Assembly (NCBI GenBank): GCA_043806755.1 | Contig: JAZDGS010000023.1 | Span: 1-61,310, forward strand | Direction: 5' to 3' | Origin: Pseudomonadota bacterium | Lineage (GTDB): Bacteria > Desulfobacterota > Desulfobacteria > Desulfobacterales > UBA2156 | DNA length: 61,310 nt | Part shown: positions 18,880 through 30,561 of the stretch, in pieces | Layout of the letters: each line of letters starts with the position of its first letter | Numbering within the stretch: the first letter of the stretch is position 1 | Program-made: the position numbers and the translations under genes | The notes under the pieces: generated by a model | Told to the model about the DNA's origin: nothing | The model's database searches: none | What the model saw: only the letters and a program-made list of their open reading frames with translations

Positions 18880-19797
18880 GTGAAACAGATGAACAACTTT
18901 ACTACAATTTCAAAAACCCGCCGGCGTTTTCTGAAAATGATCGGATTTGCCGTTGTTATGGCTTCCGTTCCATCCGATGCCGTGGACCTGTTAAAATTGC
19001 TTGATCCTGAAGACAAGTCCGGCGACCAGGAAAAAATAAAAAAAATTTTGGAAGGTGCGAAAAGCATCCTCGGGAGCGCCACGGAAATCGATTACGAATC
19101 AGAGCTGACGATCGGGAAAAGCCTTGCCGTCGAAGGGTTCAAACGATACGGGCTTCCCGTGAAAGACAACGAGCTTCAGCAATACGTCGGCCTTGTAGGG
19201 AATTCCGTAGCGAGAAATGCCGGTCGTCCCAATATACCCTATTTCTTCGTTGCCGTTCAAAGCCAATTATACAATGCGTTCGCCGGCCCGGGAGGAATCA
19301 TATTCATTACCTCGGCGCTTCTTCAGGGGATGCGGGATGAATCCCAGTTGGCTGCGGTTCTGGCACACGAAGTCGCCCATGTCGGTCATAAGCATGCCCT
19401 AAAATCCATTCAAAGGGCCAAATTCTTCGACGGCATCGGCAAAATCACCGTGGCTACGGCAAAAAAAGATAAGAAAAAAGAATATTCGGAAATGATGGAC
19501 TCCCTTCAAACCGTTCTTTTCGACAAAGGGCTGGACCAACAAATGGAATATGAAGCGGACCGATCAGGTATGAACATCTCCTATCGGACCGGATACGATC
19601 CTTCGGGGATGCTCTCGGTTCTGGAAATGCTTAAAAAGAAAGAAGACACGTCGGAAAAAAAGGGGACGTGGTTTTCAACCCATCCGCCGCTTTCACAACG
19701 GATCGGCCGATGCCATACCGAGATGAACCGTTACTCGGATGCCCGTTCTCTTGCAACCGTCCCGGAGCGATTCATCAAATATACGAAAAAGCTATAG
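18880..19797 (+). CDS. M48 family metalloprotease with a Tat-type signal
   Basis: TRRRFLK twin-arginine motif; NAFAGPGG, LAHEVAH (HExxH), EYEAD, GYDP and STHPP motifs. GTG start directly after the upstream TAG. Confidence 0.9.
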   Translation: MKQMNNFTTISKTRRRFLKMIGFAVVMASVPSDAVDLLKLLDPEDKSGDQEKIKKILEGAKSILGSATEIDYESELTIGKSLAVEGFKRYGLPVKDNELQQYVGLVGNSVARNAGRPNIPYFFVAVQSQLYNAFAGPGGIIFITSALLQGMRDESQLAAVLAHEVAHVGHKHALKSIQRAKFFDGIGKITVATAKKDKKKEYSEMMDSLQTVLFDKGLDQQMEYEADRSGMNISYRTGYDPSGMLSVLEMLKKKEDTSEKKGTWFSTHPPLSQRIGRCHTEMNRYSDARSLATVPERFIKYTKKL

Positions 19798-19877
19798 CTG
19801 TTCGTCTGTCCCAAAACAATAAGATCGATTCGGGAAAAAACGGATGCCGATGAATTTTGTATGAAACAGAAGACCCC

Positions 19878-21023
19878 ATGACGCAAAAAAACGCAAGCAA
19901 GGATCCTGGACGTGTTTACGAATCCCGGTTGAAATCCCTTCGAAAACTGATGCGCCAGGTCCATCTGGATGCATTCATGGTCCTTATTCCCGAAAACCGA
20001 CGATATTTGAGCGGGTTTATCGGAGAAGACACCCAGTTTGACGAGTCCGCCGGCGCCCTGTTGATCACCGGATCGACACTTTTGCTGGCCACCGATTCCC
20101 GTTATGAGACCCAGGCGGCATACGAAGCCCCCTTGTATCGGATTTTTTGTTACAAGGAAGGATTGGCAAAAGCGTTCCCTGAAATCCTCGGAATTCTCAA
20201 AGCCAGACGGATCGGGTTCGAGAGCATCCGGATATCGGTTAGAGATCACGGGCGGATTGTCGAAGAGATCCGATCGAAAAAAATTCCTGTTGAACTGGTT
20301 CCGATCGAAGATCTGGTTGAACGCCGGCGGCTCATCAAATCAAAAGCGGAAATCGACGCCATCCGAAGCGCCCTGAACGTGGCGGAGTCGGCCTTACTCT
20401 CTGTTTCCGGTCTTATCCGCCCCGGAGTAATGGAAACACAAGCCGCGTGGTCCCTTGAAAAAGAGATGAGGGAAGCCGGTGCGGAAAGCCTTTCCTTTCC
20501 GGTGATCGTCGCTTCAGGGCCGAACAGCGCCCTTCCCCATGCCATACCGGGGAAACGGTGTTTCAAGAGCGGAGAACCGATCCTTATCGACTGGGGGGCC
20601 AGATTAAACGGTTATTGCTCCGACATCTCCAGAACCGTTTTTATCGGAAAGCCTGACCCGGTATTCAAAAAAATGTTTGATACCGTTTCAGATGCCCAAA
20701 AAAAGGCCATCGATGCCATCCGGCCCGGAGTCAGTTCCAGGGTCATTGACCGGATCGCAAGAAGTCACATCGAAAAAAAGGGGTTTAAGGGCCGTTTCGG
20801 GCATGGACTGGGACACGGAGTCGGCCTGGCGATTCACGAAGGACCAAGGATAAACCCGCTCAAGGATACCCCCCTGATGCCTGGAATGGTATTTACCGTT
20901 GAGCCGGGTATTTATATTCCCGGTTTGGGCGGGGTTCGGTTGGAAAACATGGTTGTAGTTCGAAAAGAAGGCGCCGAAACCCTGAATCGTCTGGGCCTAC
21001 CCTATTCTTTTGCGGGCTTCTGA
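19878..21023 (+). CDS. Xaa-Pro aminopeptidase (M24B family)
   Basis: NRRYLSGF, IDWGA, YCSDISRT, HGLGHGVGLAIHE, TVEPGIY and GVRLEN motifs. Confidence 0.93.
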   Translation: MTQKNASKDPGRVYESRLKSLRKLMRQVHLDAFMVLIPENRRYLSGFIGEDTQFDESAGALLITGSTLLLATDSRYETQAAYEAPLYRIFCYKEGLAKAFPEILGILKARRIGFESIRISVRDHGRIVEEIRSKKIPVELVPIEDLVERRRLIKSKAEIDAIRSALNVAESALLSVSGLIRPGVMETQAAWSLEKEMREAGAESLSFPVIVASGPNSALPHAIPGKRCFKSGEPILIDWGARLNGYCSDISRTVFIGKPDPVFKKMFDTVSDAQKKAIDAIRPGVSSRVIDRIARSHIEKKGFKGRFGHGLGHGVGLAIHEGPRINPLKDTPLMPGMVFTVEPGIYIPGLGGVRLENMVVVRKEGAETLNRLGLPYSFAGF

Positions 21024-21946
21024 TGGATTCAAATTCCGATGAGAGGGGAATGCCATTCCTGGATCAATACGTCGATCACTATATTCATTATCTTCTTATC
21101 GAAAAAGGACTTTCATCCAAAACCATCGATTCCTACAGCCGGGATTTAATGCGATATCTCGATTTCTTGCATCAAAACGGCATTGACGGGATTTCCGAAG
21201 ACGATACCGCCGTTATATTAAAACACCTGATATCTTTGAAAAAGGAAGGGCTTTCCGCCAGATCGAGAGCCAGACATCTGGTAACCCTGAGAGGGTTCTA
21301 CCGGTTTTTAGTGGAAGAAAAGGCCATCCGGATTGATCCTGCCCGAATGGTGGATCTTCCCAAAAGCGCGTTCACGTTGCCGGATGTCCTGTCGGTTCAG
21401 GAAATAACGCAAATGCTCAATGCGCCGGATATCGGCAAGCCGTCCGGGGTTCGGGATGCCGCCATGATTGAACTCCTCTATGCCGCCGGCCTGAGGGTCT
21501 CCGAACTGATTTATCTCCATATGGGGGATGTCAACACCGAAGCAGGGTTTGTCCGGGTTCTGGGGAAGGGATCAAAAGAACGGGTGGTCCCGATCGGCGC
21601 TTTTGCAAAAGAAAAAATCGATGCCTATATCCGGACCGCCAGGCTTCACTTGCTCAAAAACCGTACCAGCCGGTTCCTCTTTCTGGGTCCGGGCGGGAAG
21701 CCGTTGAGCCGCCAGGGATTTTGGAAAATCCTCAAACGGTATTCCCGAAACACCGGCATCTCCAAACGCATCACGCCCCATTCATTCCGTCATTCCTTTG
21801 CCAGCCACCTTCTGGAAGGAGGGGCGGATCTGAGATCCGTTCAGGCCATGCTGGGTCATGCCGACATTTCCACGACCCAGATATATACCCACGTGGCGCG
21901 TGAGTATTTAAAAGAAATCCATGACCGCTTTCACCCGCGAAAATAA
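21023..21946 (+). CDS. xerD: Site-specific tyrosine recombinase XerD
   Basis: LYAAGLRVSEL, GKGSKERVVP, LSRQGFWK, HSFRHSFASHLLEGGADLRSVQAMLGHADISTTQIYTHV. Confidence 0.93.
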   Translation: MDSNSDERGMPFLDQYVDHYIHYLLIEKGLSSKTIDSYSRDLMRYLDFLHQNGIDGISEDDTAVILKHLISLKKEGLSARSRARHLVTLRGFYRFLVEEKAIRIDPARMVDLPKSAFTLPDVLSVQEITQMLNAPDIGKPSGVRDAAMIELLYAAGLRVSELIYLHMGDVNTEAGFVRVLGKGSKERVVPIGAFAKEKIDAYIRTARLHLLKNRTSRFLFLGPGGKPLSRQGFWKILKRYSRNTGISKRITPHSFRHSFASHLLEGGADLRSVQAMLGHADISTTQIYTHVAREYLKEIHDRFHPRK

Positions 21947-22002
21947 CGGCTCCCGTTTTTCCATTCGGGGCATTCCGGGAAAAGCGGATCCGCGAGCGTA
22001 CC

Positions 22003-23136
22003 CTACTGATAAAATTTCCGGATCATCTTCACCACATAGGATAACTGGTCATCCGAAAGCTCCGGATAGATGGGAAGGGCAAGGGAATTTTCAGCCGCAT
22101 ATTCAGAAAATGGAAAATCCCCCTGCCGGTATCCGAGGTAGGAAAAGCATTTCTGGAGATGGAGCGGCACCGGATAATAGATTTCCGTTCCGACTCCGGC
22201 CTCTTTTAAAAAGCGCTGCAACCCGTCCCGTTTCCCTTCGGCGATGATGACGAACTGGTTGTAAATGTGACTACCCTCCTTTTCCAGGGGAAGGGGGATG
22301 CGGTCTTCAAGCCCTTCATTCTTAAAAAAAGTGCGGTATCTTGAGGCGTTCTCCTGCCTCCCTCTGGTCCACTGATCGAGGTGTTTGAGCTTGACGGATA
22401 CAACCGCCGCCTGAACGGCATCGAGCCTGAAATTTCCTCCGATCACCTGATGGTAATATTTAGGGCTCGCACCATGAACCCGAAAAATCTGAAGTTTTGA
22501 AAATAGCTCGTCCGAATCCGTTGTCACGATCCCTCCGTCTCCGAAAGCACCCAGGTTTTTTGACGGAAAAAAAGAAAAACATCCGACATCCCCCATAGAT
22601 CCGGCCCGTCTTCCAAGATATTCCGAGCCTATCGCCTGGGCCGCATCCTCAATGACGAAAAGCCCATGGGCGCTTGCGGTGTCGAGGATCGGGGCCATAT
22701 CCGCACATTGCCCGAACAAGTGGACCGGTATGATCCCCTTGAGATGATTTTTCTCTGTTTTCCCCATCCGGTCAATGGTCTCCTCCAATTTTTCAGGAGA
22801 AAGATTAAACGAGTCCCTGTCGATATCCACAAATACCGGAATCCCTCCCAACCGGGCGATGGAACCGGCAGTCGCAAAAAAGGTATACGGCGAAGTCAGA
22901 ATCCGGTCACCGGGCCGGATTCCAAAAACCATCAGGGATATCAGCAGCGCGTCGGTTCCGGAAGAGACGCCGACAGCGTGTTTGCATTCGCAATACCGGG
23001 CGATCTCTTCTTCCAGCGACTTTACCGGAGAACCGAGAATAAACTGCTGCTCTTCAAACACCCGGTGAACGGATGCCAGAATTTCATCTTTGATTTTTTG
23101 ATACTGCCCTTTTAAATCAAGCAAAGGAACATTCAT
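22003..23136 (-). CDS. DegT/DnrJ/EryC1/StrS family PLP-dependent sugar aminotransferase
   Basis: SSGTDAL, PVHLFGQ, EDAAQAIG and FSFFPSKNLGAFGDGG (PLP Lys) motifs. Confidence 0.95.
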   Translation of the reverse strand: MNVPLLDLKGQYQKIKDEILASVHRVFEEQQFILGSPVKSLEEEIARYCECKHAVGVSSGTDALLISLMVFGIRPGDRILTSPYTFFATAGSIARLGGIPVFVDIDRDSFNLSPEKLEETIDRMGKTEKNHLKGIIPVHLFGQCADMAPILDTASAHGLFVIEDAAQAIGSEYLGRRAGSMGDVGCFSFFPSKNLGAFGDGGIVTTDSDELFSKLQIFRVHGASPKYYHQVIGGNFRLDAVQAAVVSVKLKHLDQWTRGRQENASRYRTFFKNEGLEDRIPLPLEKEGSHIYNQFVIIAEGKRDGLQRFLKEAGVGTEIYYPVPLHLQKCFSYLGYRQGDFPFSEYAAENSLALPIYPELSDDQLSYVVKMIRKFYQ

Positions 23137-23147
23137 TCAGTCACCTT

Positions 23148-24518
23148 TCATGAGTTGTCGGATAGGGAGACTTCAATAAGACGAAGCATCTCGTCTCCGG
23201 TATTTTGAATCCTCAAGGCTACCTTTTTCTGAAACGTCTTTGATTCCCCTTTGTTAAGCACGATCCGTTCGGTCTTTCCCAGGGTAATCACCGCCGCCCC
23301 GTCAATAACAATAACGCTTTTCACGGAGGCGTTGTCTTGATTCAGACGGCATATCTTGCCCGGCATAATATCGAGACGCTCCAGGCGGTAACCCGTTTGT
23401 TCTTCCAGGGAAGCCCGGGTTCCCCATGGATAAGACTCGGTCGTGTGCCGACGGTATTCCCTGCGACCGGTTTGCTGAAGGTGTTTATAAATGGATTTGA
23501 CATCCCGGCTTTTTTCCAGATCCGAAACGAACACCGAATCATCCGTTCCGATCACGACCAAATCGGAAATGCTGTTGGTGACGACCAGCCTCCCTTCTCC
23601 CATGACGAGGCATCCCCGGGTGTCTCTGGCAAGAACATCTCCTGTGATCGCATTCCCATCCTTGTCCTTGGAGAGAAAGTCAAAAAGGGATTTCCAGGAG
23701 CCGATGTCGCTCCACCCAAAATCGGAAGGTAAAACGACGCCCTTATCGGTTTTTTCCATGATGGCATAATCAATCGAGATGTTGGGCATTTCAGAATAGA
23801 TCCCGGCGCGCTGATCCGGGGTTTCTTTCAGAAAACGGTTCATCCGGGAAAACATTTCCGGCTGATGAACCCTGAATTCTTCAACCATCACCGATCCTTT
23901 GAAAGCGAACATCCCGCTATTCCAGAAAAAATGTCCTGTCCGAAGATATCGTCCGGCGGTTTTCCGGTCCGGCTTTTCAACAAACCGTTTGATCGCCGCA
24001 GCCTTCCCGGCAACCGGTCGGCCTCCTTCGATATATCCATACCCCGTCTCGGGATAATGCGGTTCGATACCGAAGGTGACGATATATCCCTGTCGGGCAA
24101 GCTCGATGGCCGACATGACGTTTTGGTTGAATCGGCCGGGATTTTTAATGACATGATCCGCCGGAAAAATGCATATGACGGCATCCGTTTCCTTCTCCAA
24201 TATGGTCAATATCGCCAGGAGAATGGCGGGAGCCGTGTTCCTTCCGCAGGGTTCACATATGATTTTTCCTTGGGCCTTGATCCCCATTTGTTCAATCTGC
24301 TTTGTGATCTCATTGAAATGAAGCTCTCCGCAAACCACGCGCAATCGCTTCAAATACACGACCGGTTCAAGGCGCGTGATGGTCTCCTGAATGAGCGAAC
24401 GGTTGCCGAAGAAACGCACCAGTTGTTTGGGAAACATCTCCCTTGAAACCGGCCACAAGCGTGCTCCGACCCCTCCGGCGAGGAGGACCGCATAGGTCGG
24501 CACGATCTGTTTACGCAT
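23148..24518 (-). CDS. manC: Mannose-1-phosphate guanylyltransferase with a degenerate C-terminal PMI cupin
   Basis: LAGGVGARLWPVSR..PKQ, EPCGRNTAPA, FVEKPD, WNSGMF, SIDYAIME and WSDIGSW motifs. Likely ATG at 24518 overlaps the dnaE stop. Confidence 0.9.
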   Translation of the reverse strand: MRKQIVPTYAVLLAGGVGARLWPVSREMFPKQLVRFFGNRSLIQETITRLEPVVYLKRLRVVCGELHFNEITKQIEQMGIKAQGKIICEPCGRNTAPAILLAILTILEKETDAVICIFPADHVIKNPGRFNQNVMSAIELARQGYIVTFGIEPHYPETGYGYIEGGRPVAGKAAAIKRFVEKPDRKTAGRYLRTGHFFWNSGMFAFKGSVMVEEFRVHQPEMFSRMNRFLKETPDQRAGIYSEMPNISIDYAIMEKTDKGVVLPSDFGWSDIGSWKSLFDFLSKDKDGNAITGDVLARDTRGCLVMGEGRLVVTNSISDLVVIGTDDSVFVSDLEKSRDVKSIYKHLQQTGRREYRRHTTESYPWGTRASLEEQTGYRLERLDIMPGKICRLNQDNASVKSVIVIDGAAVITLGKTERIVLNKGESKTFQKKVALRIQNTGDEMLRLIEVSLSDNS

Positions 24519-27500
24519 GATCGGGTCCTTTTTTATATTGCCTCTTAACATGGTTGTTCGGTTTGGAAGCGCTCAGAACAGGCCGCATTTCGGCCTTCAC
24601 CGCTTCGTAACCGGCATGATCGCGGATCTCCTGCATCAACATCGGAGAAGCCGCGGTTTTAAGGGTTTCCGGAAAGGTAATGACCGTCTCTGTTTTTCCG
24701 GCGTCTTGAAGATGAAGATAAACGGGGCATTTCCCGGGGTATTTTTTTAGAATGCCGTTGGTCCGAACCAAAAAGGATTCATCGATTTTTGCCACATCAA
24801 AATACAAATGAATGCCGCACGCCAGTTCCTCTTCGGCCCGTTCCAGCAACATGACCTTTTCACCGATGATTTTGATGGCACTTTCATCCTTTTGAATCCT
24901 TCCCTCGGTTAGTACCAGTGCATCCTGGGCCACAATGCCGGATACAGCCGAATAGACCCTGGGAAACAAGACGACCTCCACCGCACCTTGCATATCCTCG
25001 AGCATCATAAATGCCATCGACCCTCCCTTTTTGGTTGAGACGATCTTTAGATTTGAAACCATGCCGCCGATTCGAATGGCTTCACCGTCATTTCGCTCCC
25101 TGAGATCGATAGTCCTGGCGCTTATCAGTCGGTGAAGCTGGATTTCATATGGAGATAAGGGATGCCCGCTCATATAAAATCCGAGCGCTTCCTTTTCAAA
25201 TCCCAGCCGTTCCTGTTCATCCCATTCATCGATTTGAGGCATGGGAGGATAACCGGCCGTTTCATCGTTGTTCCCCGATCCGAACAATCCCATTTGAGGG
25301 TCGAATTTCTTCTTCTGTTCCCTTTGCCCGAATTCGATCGCTTCTTCCAAAATTGCCGTCATTCTGGAGCGGAATTCACCGGTCGAGTCAAAAGCCCCGC
25401 ATTTGATCAGGCTTTCGATCACCCGTTTATTTACTTTTCTCAAATCCACCCGCTCACAAAAATCAAACAGGGATGTAAATCGCCGGGACTGCCGTGTTTC
25501 CAGAATCGACTCGATAGCCCCTTCACCCACGTTTTTAACGGCGATCAAACCGAACCGTATCCGATTTCCCTCGACGATGAACTCCTTTTCGCTTTCATTG
25601 ATGTCCGGCGGAAGGATGGGGATTTTATGCGAACGGCACTCGGAAATGAATTTTTCCACCCCTTCCGTTGATTCCATTTCATTCGATAGAAGCGAGGCCA
25701 TGAATTCGAGCGGATAATGCGCCTTTAAATAAGCGGTCTGAAAGGCGATCAGGGAATAGGCGGCGCTGTGGGATTTATTGAACCCGTACCCTCCGAATTT
25801 TTCCATCAGATCGAATATCTTTTCAGCCTGTAGCGTCGGGATCCCCTTTCTTCTCGCACCCTCCATGAATCGATTCCGCTGCTTTTTCATGATCGCCGGG
25901 ATTTTCTTCCCCATGGCTTTTCGCAAATCATCCGCCTCCGACATCGTATAGTCGGCGAGAACGGCGGCGATCTTCATGACCTGTTCCTGATACACGATGA
26001 CCCCGTAGGTCTCATTCAATATGGGCTCCAGCTCCGGAACAAGATACTCGACGGCTTTTTTGCCGTGTTTGCGTTGCACAAAATCCTCCGACATCCCGCC
26101 GAGGGGGCCGGGCCGGTAGAGCGCCACAAGGGCGACGACATCCTCAAAGCATCCGGGCTGCAGCCGTACCAGAAGATCCTTCATCCCCGCACTTTCAAGT
26201 TGGAATACACCGGTGGTGTCTCCGGAACAGAGAAGCTGAAATGTCAACGGGTCGTCCAGGTGAAGGTTTTCCAGGTCCGGCGCCGTTTTCCCCTGTCGGG
26301 TGATAAGAGAGAGCGTGTCTGCGATGATGGTCAGGTTCTTAAGCCCCAGAAAATCGAATTTGACCAAACCGATCTTTTCAACCGATTTCATCTCGAACTG
26401 AGTGACGACCTCCCCTTTCTTTCCCCGATAAAGCGGCATATACTCCACCAGGGGCTTGTCGGCGATCACCACTCCTGCCGCATGGGTGGAGGCATGCCGC
26501 GGAAGCCCTTCAAGGACGCGGCAGACCTTGATTAATTCGGCATAGACCGGTTTATTATTGGCCGCCTCTGAAAGCCGGGGCTCCATCAACAGCGCATCAT
26601 CGAGCGTGATGTTTAATACGTCCGGGACCATCTTGGCGATCCCATCCACCTCATTCAACGGAATCGCCAGCGCCCTCCCCACATCACGAATCACCGCTCT
26701 GGTTTTGAGTTTTCCGAAGGTGATGATCTGGGCGACATATTCTCCTCCCCCGTATCGATCCACAACGTACTTAAATACATCCTCTCTTCCCCTGATGCAG
26801 AAATCGACATCGATATCCGGCATGCTCTTTCTCGCCGGATTCAGAAAGCGCTCAAAAATGAGGCCATGGGCGATGGGATCCAGATCCGTTATGCCAAGCG
26901 AGTACGCCACCAGGCTCCCCGCCGCCGACCCTCTTCCGGGTCCGACCGGTATCCGTTTCGATTTGGCGTACCGGATGAAATCGGAAACGATCAGAAAATA
27001 GCCGGAAAACCCCATTTCGGTAATCACGTCGATTTCGTTTTCAAGGCGGTTCCGGTAAACCGTCTCATCCGCATCCGGCCTTTTCCCCTTGATTCGTGCC
27101 ATTGTCCGCTCAAAACCGTTTCGAACATTTTCCTTGAAAAGCGCTTCCTCGCTGGTTTCCCTATCGGTCACGTACTTCGGAAAATGGTAGGTTCCGGTAT
27201 CGAATTCAAAATGGCAGCGTTTGGCGATCTCGAGGGAATTGGCCACGGCGTCCGGCCGATCCTTGAACGATGCCGTCATCTCCGATTTGGATTTGAAGTA
27301 AAGCTCCTCGCTTTTGAATTTCAGGCGCTCGGTTTCATGAATGGTTTTCCCGGTCTGGACGCAGAGAAGAACATCATGCGCCCTCGCATCCTCTTTATTC
27401 AGATAGTGGCAGTCATTCGTTGCGATTAGGGGGATGGAAAGGGTTTTGCTCATCTCCTTGATGATCCGGTTGACCTCGTCCTGTTCTTCGATCCCGTTGT

Positions 27501-28041
27501 TTTGAATCTCAAGGAAAAAATTCCCTTCTCCCATAATTTGCTCGTAATTCCGGGCCGCCTTTTCCGCCTCTTCCAGCTTCCCCTCTTTGATCAAACCCGG
27601 GATTTCACCATGAAGGCAGGAAGAAAGCGCGATGAGCCCTTCGGAGCAGGATTTAAGGAGCGGCTTGTCGATCCGGGGTTTATAGTAAAAACCCTCAAGA
27701 TGGGCGATGCTGCAAAGCCGGCAGAGATTTTTATATCCCTTCTCATTTTCAGCAAGAAGAATGATGTGCATCAACCCCTTGCTGTCCAGAGGGCTTTTAT
27801 CTTTCAAACTCCGGGGAGCAAGATAGCACTCGCATCCGATGATCGGCTTGATTCCGCTGGCTTTTGCCTTTTCATAAAAATCCAAAACGCCGAACATGGT
27901 GCCATGATCGGTTATGGCGACGGCGCTCATTTGGAAATCAAGGCACCGTTTCATCAGCGCATCAATCCGGATGGCGCCGTCGAGCAGGCTGTATTGGGTA
28001 TGCACGTGAAGATGGACAAAGTCCTGGCTGGTTTCACTCAT
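24511..28041 (-). CDS. dnaE: DNA polymerase III alpha subunit
   Basis: PHP domain HLHVHTQYSLLDGA, GPGRGSAAGS, catalytic PDIDVDF, GFNKSHSAAY, C-terminal OB fold. Confidence 0.97.
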   Translation of the reverse strand: MSETSQDFVHLHVHTQYSLLDGAIRIDALMKRCLDFQMSAVAITDHGTMFGVLDFYEKAKASGIKPIIGCECYLAPRSLKDKSPLDSKGLMHIILLAENEKGYKNLCRLCSIAHLEGFYYKPRIDKPLLKSCSEGLIALSSCLHGEIPGLIKEGKLEEAEKAARNYEQIMGEGNFFLEIQNNGIEEQDEVNRIIKEMSKTLSIPLIATNDCHYLNKEDARAHDVLLCVQTGKTIHETERLKFKSEELYFKSKSEMTASFKDRPDAVANSLEIAKRCHFEFDTGTYHFPKYVTDRETSEEALFKENVRNGFERTMARIKGKRPDADETVYRNRLENEIDVITEMGFSGYFLIVSDFIRYAKSKRIPVGPGRGSAAGSLVAYSLGITDLDPIAHGLIFERFLNPARKSMPDIDVDFCIRGREDVFKYVVDRYGGGEYVAQIITFGKLKTRAVIRDVGRALAIPLNEVDGIAKMVPDVLNITLDDALLMEPRLSEAANNKPVYAELIKVCRVLEGLPRHASTHAAGVVIADKPLVEYMPLYRGKKGEVVTQFEMKSVEKIGLVKFDFLGLKNLTIIADTLSLITRQGKTAPDLENLHLDDPLTFQLLCSGDTTGVFQLESAGMKDLLVRLQPGCFEDVVALVALYRPGPLGGMSEDFVQRKHGKKAVEYLVPELEPILNETYGVIVYQEQVMKIAAVLADYTMSEADDLRKAMGKKIPAIMKKQRNRFMEGARRKGIPTLQAEKIFDLMEKFGGYGFNKSHSAAYSLIAFQTAYLKAHYPLEFMASLLSNEMESTEGVEKFISECRSHKIPILPPDINESEKEFIVEGNRIRFGLIAVKNVGEGAIESILETRQSRRFTSLFDFCERVDLRKVNKRVIESLIKCGAFDSTGEFRSRMTAILEEAIEFGQREQKKKFDPQMGLFGSGNNDETAGYPPMPQIDEWDEQERLGFEKEALGFYMSGHPLSPYEIQLHRLISARTIDLRERNDGEAIRIGGMVSNLKIVSTKKGGSMAFMMLEDMQGAVEVVLFPRVYSAVSGIVAQDALVLTEGRIQKDESAIKIIGEKVMLLERAEEELACGIHLYFDVAKIDESFLVRTNGILKKYPGKCPVYLHLQDAGKTETVITFPETLKTAASPMLMQEIRDHAGYEAVKAEMRPVLSASKPNNHVKRQYKKGPDHA

Positions 28042-28062
28042 GGGCAATATCGGCGATTTCAA

Positions 28063-29559
<1,497 letters not shown>

Positions 29560-29872
29560 TCACACCGGCGGTTTTTCCAGCGATGAATCTGACCTGGTAA
29601 GACCGAGCGCATCATTCCGATATCGATTTTTTTTGGGGAAGGCATAGCAAAAAGGGTTTCTTTTATCAATCTTTTATTTGGTTCCATCCATAATAAACGA
29701 CCCTTTTCTCCAATTCCTGTCCTCCTCAGGCCGGCCTGTCCCCCCTTCAACCGGGAGGTGTGAAACGAGCGCCGATCCGGACAAACTCTTGACAGCCGTA
29801 TGGGCTTGCGTCATAAATAGGTCCCGTCGATCCCTGCAGGCACCCAACGCGCTCGTAACGGTGATTCAAACC

Positions 29873-30481
29873 ATGATTATTGAAATCAATCCGAAAAATC
29901 CCCAGGCCCGCCACATCTCTCGAGTCGTCGGTGTTCTTAAAGAAGGGGGAATTATCGCATACCCAACAGATACCATGTACGGCATCGGGTGTGATATTTT
30001 CAATCAAAAAGCGATTCAAAAGATCTATCAGCTCAAACAGCGAAATCAAAGCCAACCGTTTAGTTTCATCTGCTCCGATCTAAAAAACATCAGCCATTAC
30101 GCAAAGGTTTCCAATTACGCCTATAAGACCATGAGGAGGCTTTTGCCCGGGCCATATACGTTTGTTCTGGAAGGCTCAAGGCTGGTCCCCAAAATCATGC
30201 TGACCCGGCGGAAAACCGCCGGAATCCGAGTTCCGGATAATGCCATTTGCCTTTCCCTGGTCAGGGAGCTTGGAAATCCGATCATCACCACCAGCGCTGC
30301 CACGCCGGATGGGATGATTTTAAACGATCCCTATCTGATCGAAGAGTTTTTCCGTTTAAGAATTCAGATCGTCATTGACGGAGGACCCGTTCCCGGTCAG
30401 CCTTCCAGCGTGATCTCGCTGATCGACGACATCCCGGACGTCATCCGCAAGGGGATGGGAGACGTGACGGTCTTCGAGTGA
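29873..30481 (+). CDS. Sua5/YciO/YrdC family protein (threonylcarbamoyl-AMP synthase-like)
   Basis: AYPTDTMYGIGC, LPGPYTF, GIRVPD and TTSA motifs. Likely start at ATG 29873; a TTGACA lies upstream at 29789-29794. Confidence 0.92.
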   Translation: MIIEINPKNPQARHISRVVGVLKEGGIIAYPTDTMYGIGCDIFNQKAIQKIYQLKQRNQSQPFSFICSDLKNISHYAKVSNYAYKTMRRLLPGPYTFVLEGSRLVPKIMLTRRKTAGIRVPDNAICLSLVRELGNPIITTSAATPDGMILNDPYLIEEFFRLRIQIVIDGGPVPGQPSSVISLIDDIPDVIRKGMGDVTVFE

Positions 30482-30561
30482 TCCTGAGCACGGGGGCTTT
30501 CCGAACGAGAGATTAAAAAACAGTGAAAAAATGAGCCTAAAGGGAGAAGACTACCCGGGGC

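Noticed and set aside
21023-21946. Phage or island integrase
   Set aside because: Motifs and the ~300-aa size match chromosomal XerD; neighbours are housekeeping genes, and no att or phage genes are visible.
24511-28041. Intein in DnaE (also checked RecA at 53896-54930)
   Set aside because: Both proteins have normal lengths and continuous motifs; no intein splice motifs seen.
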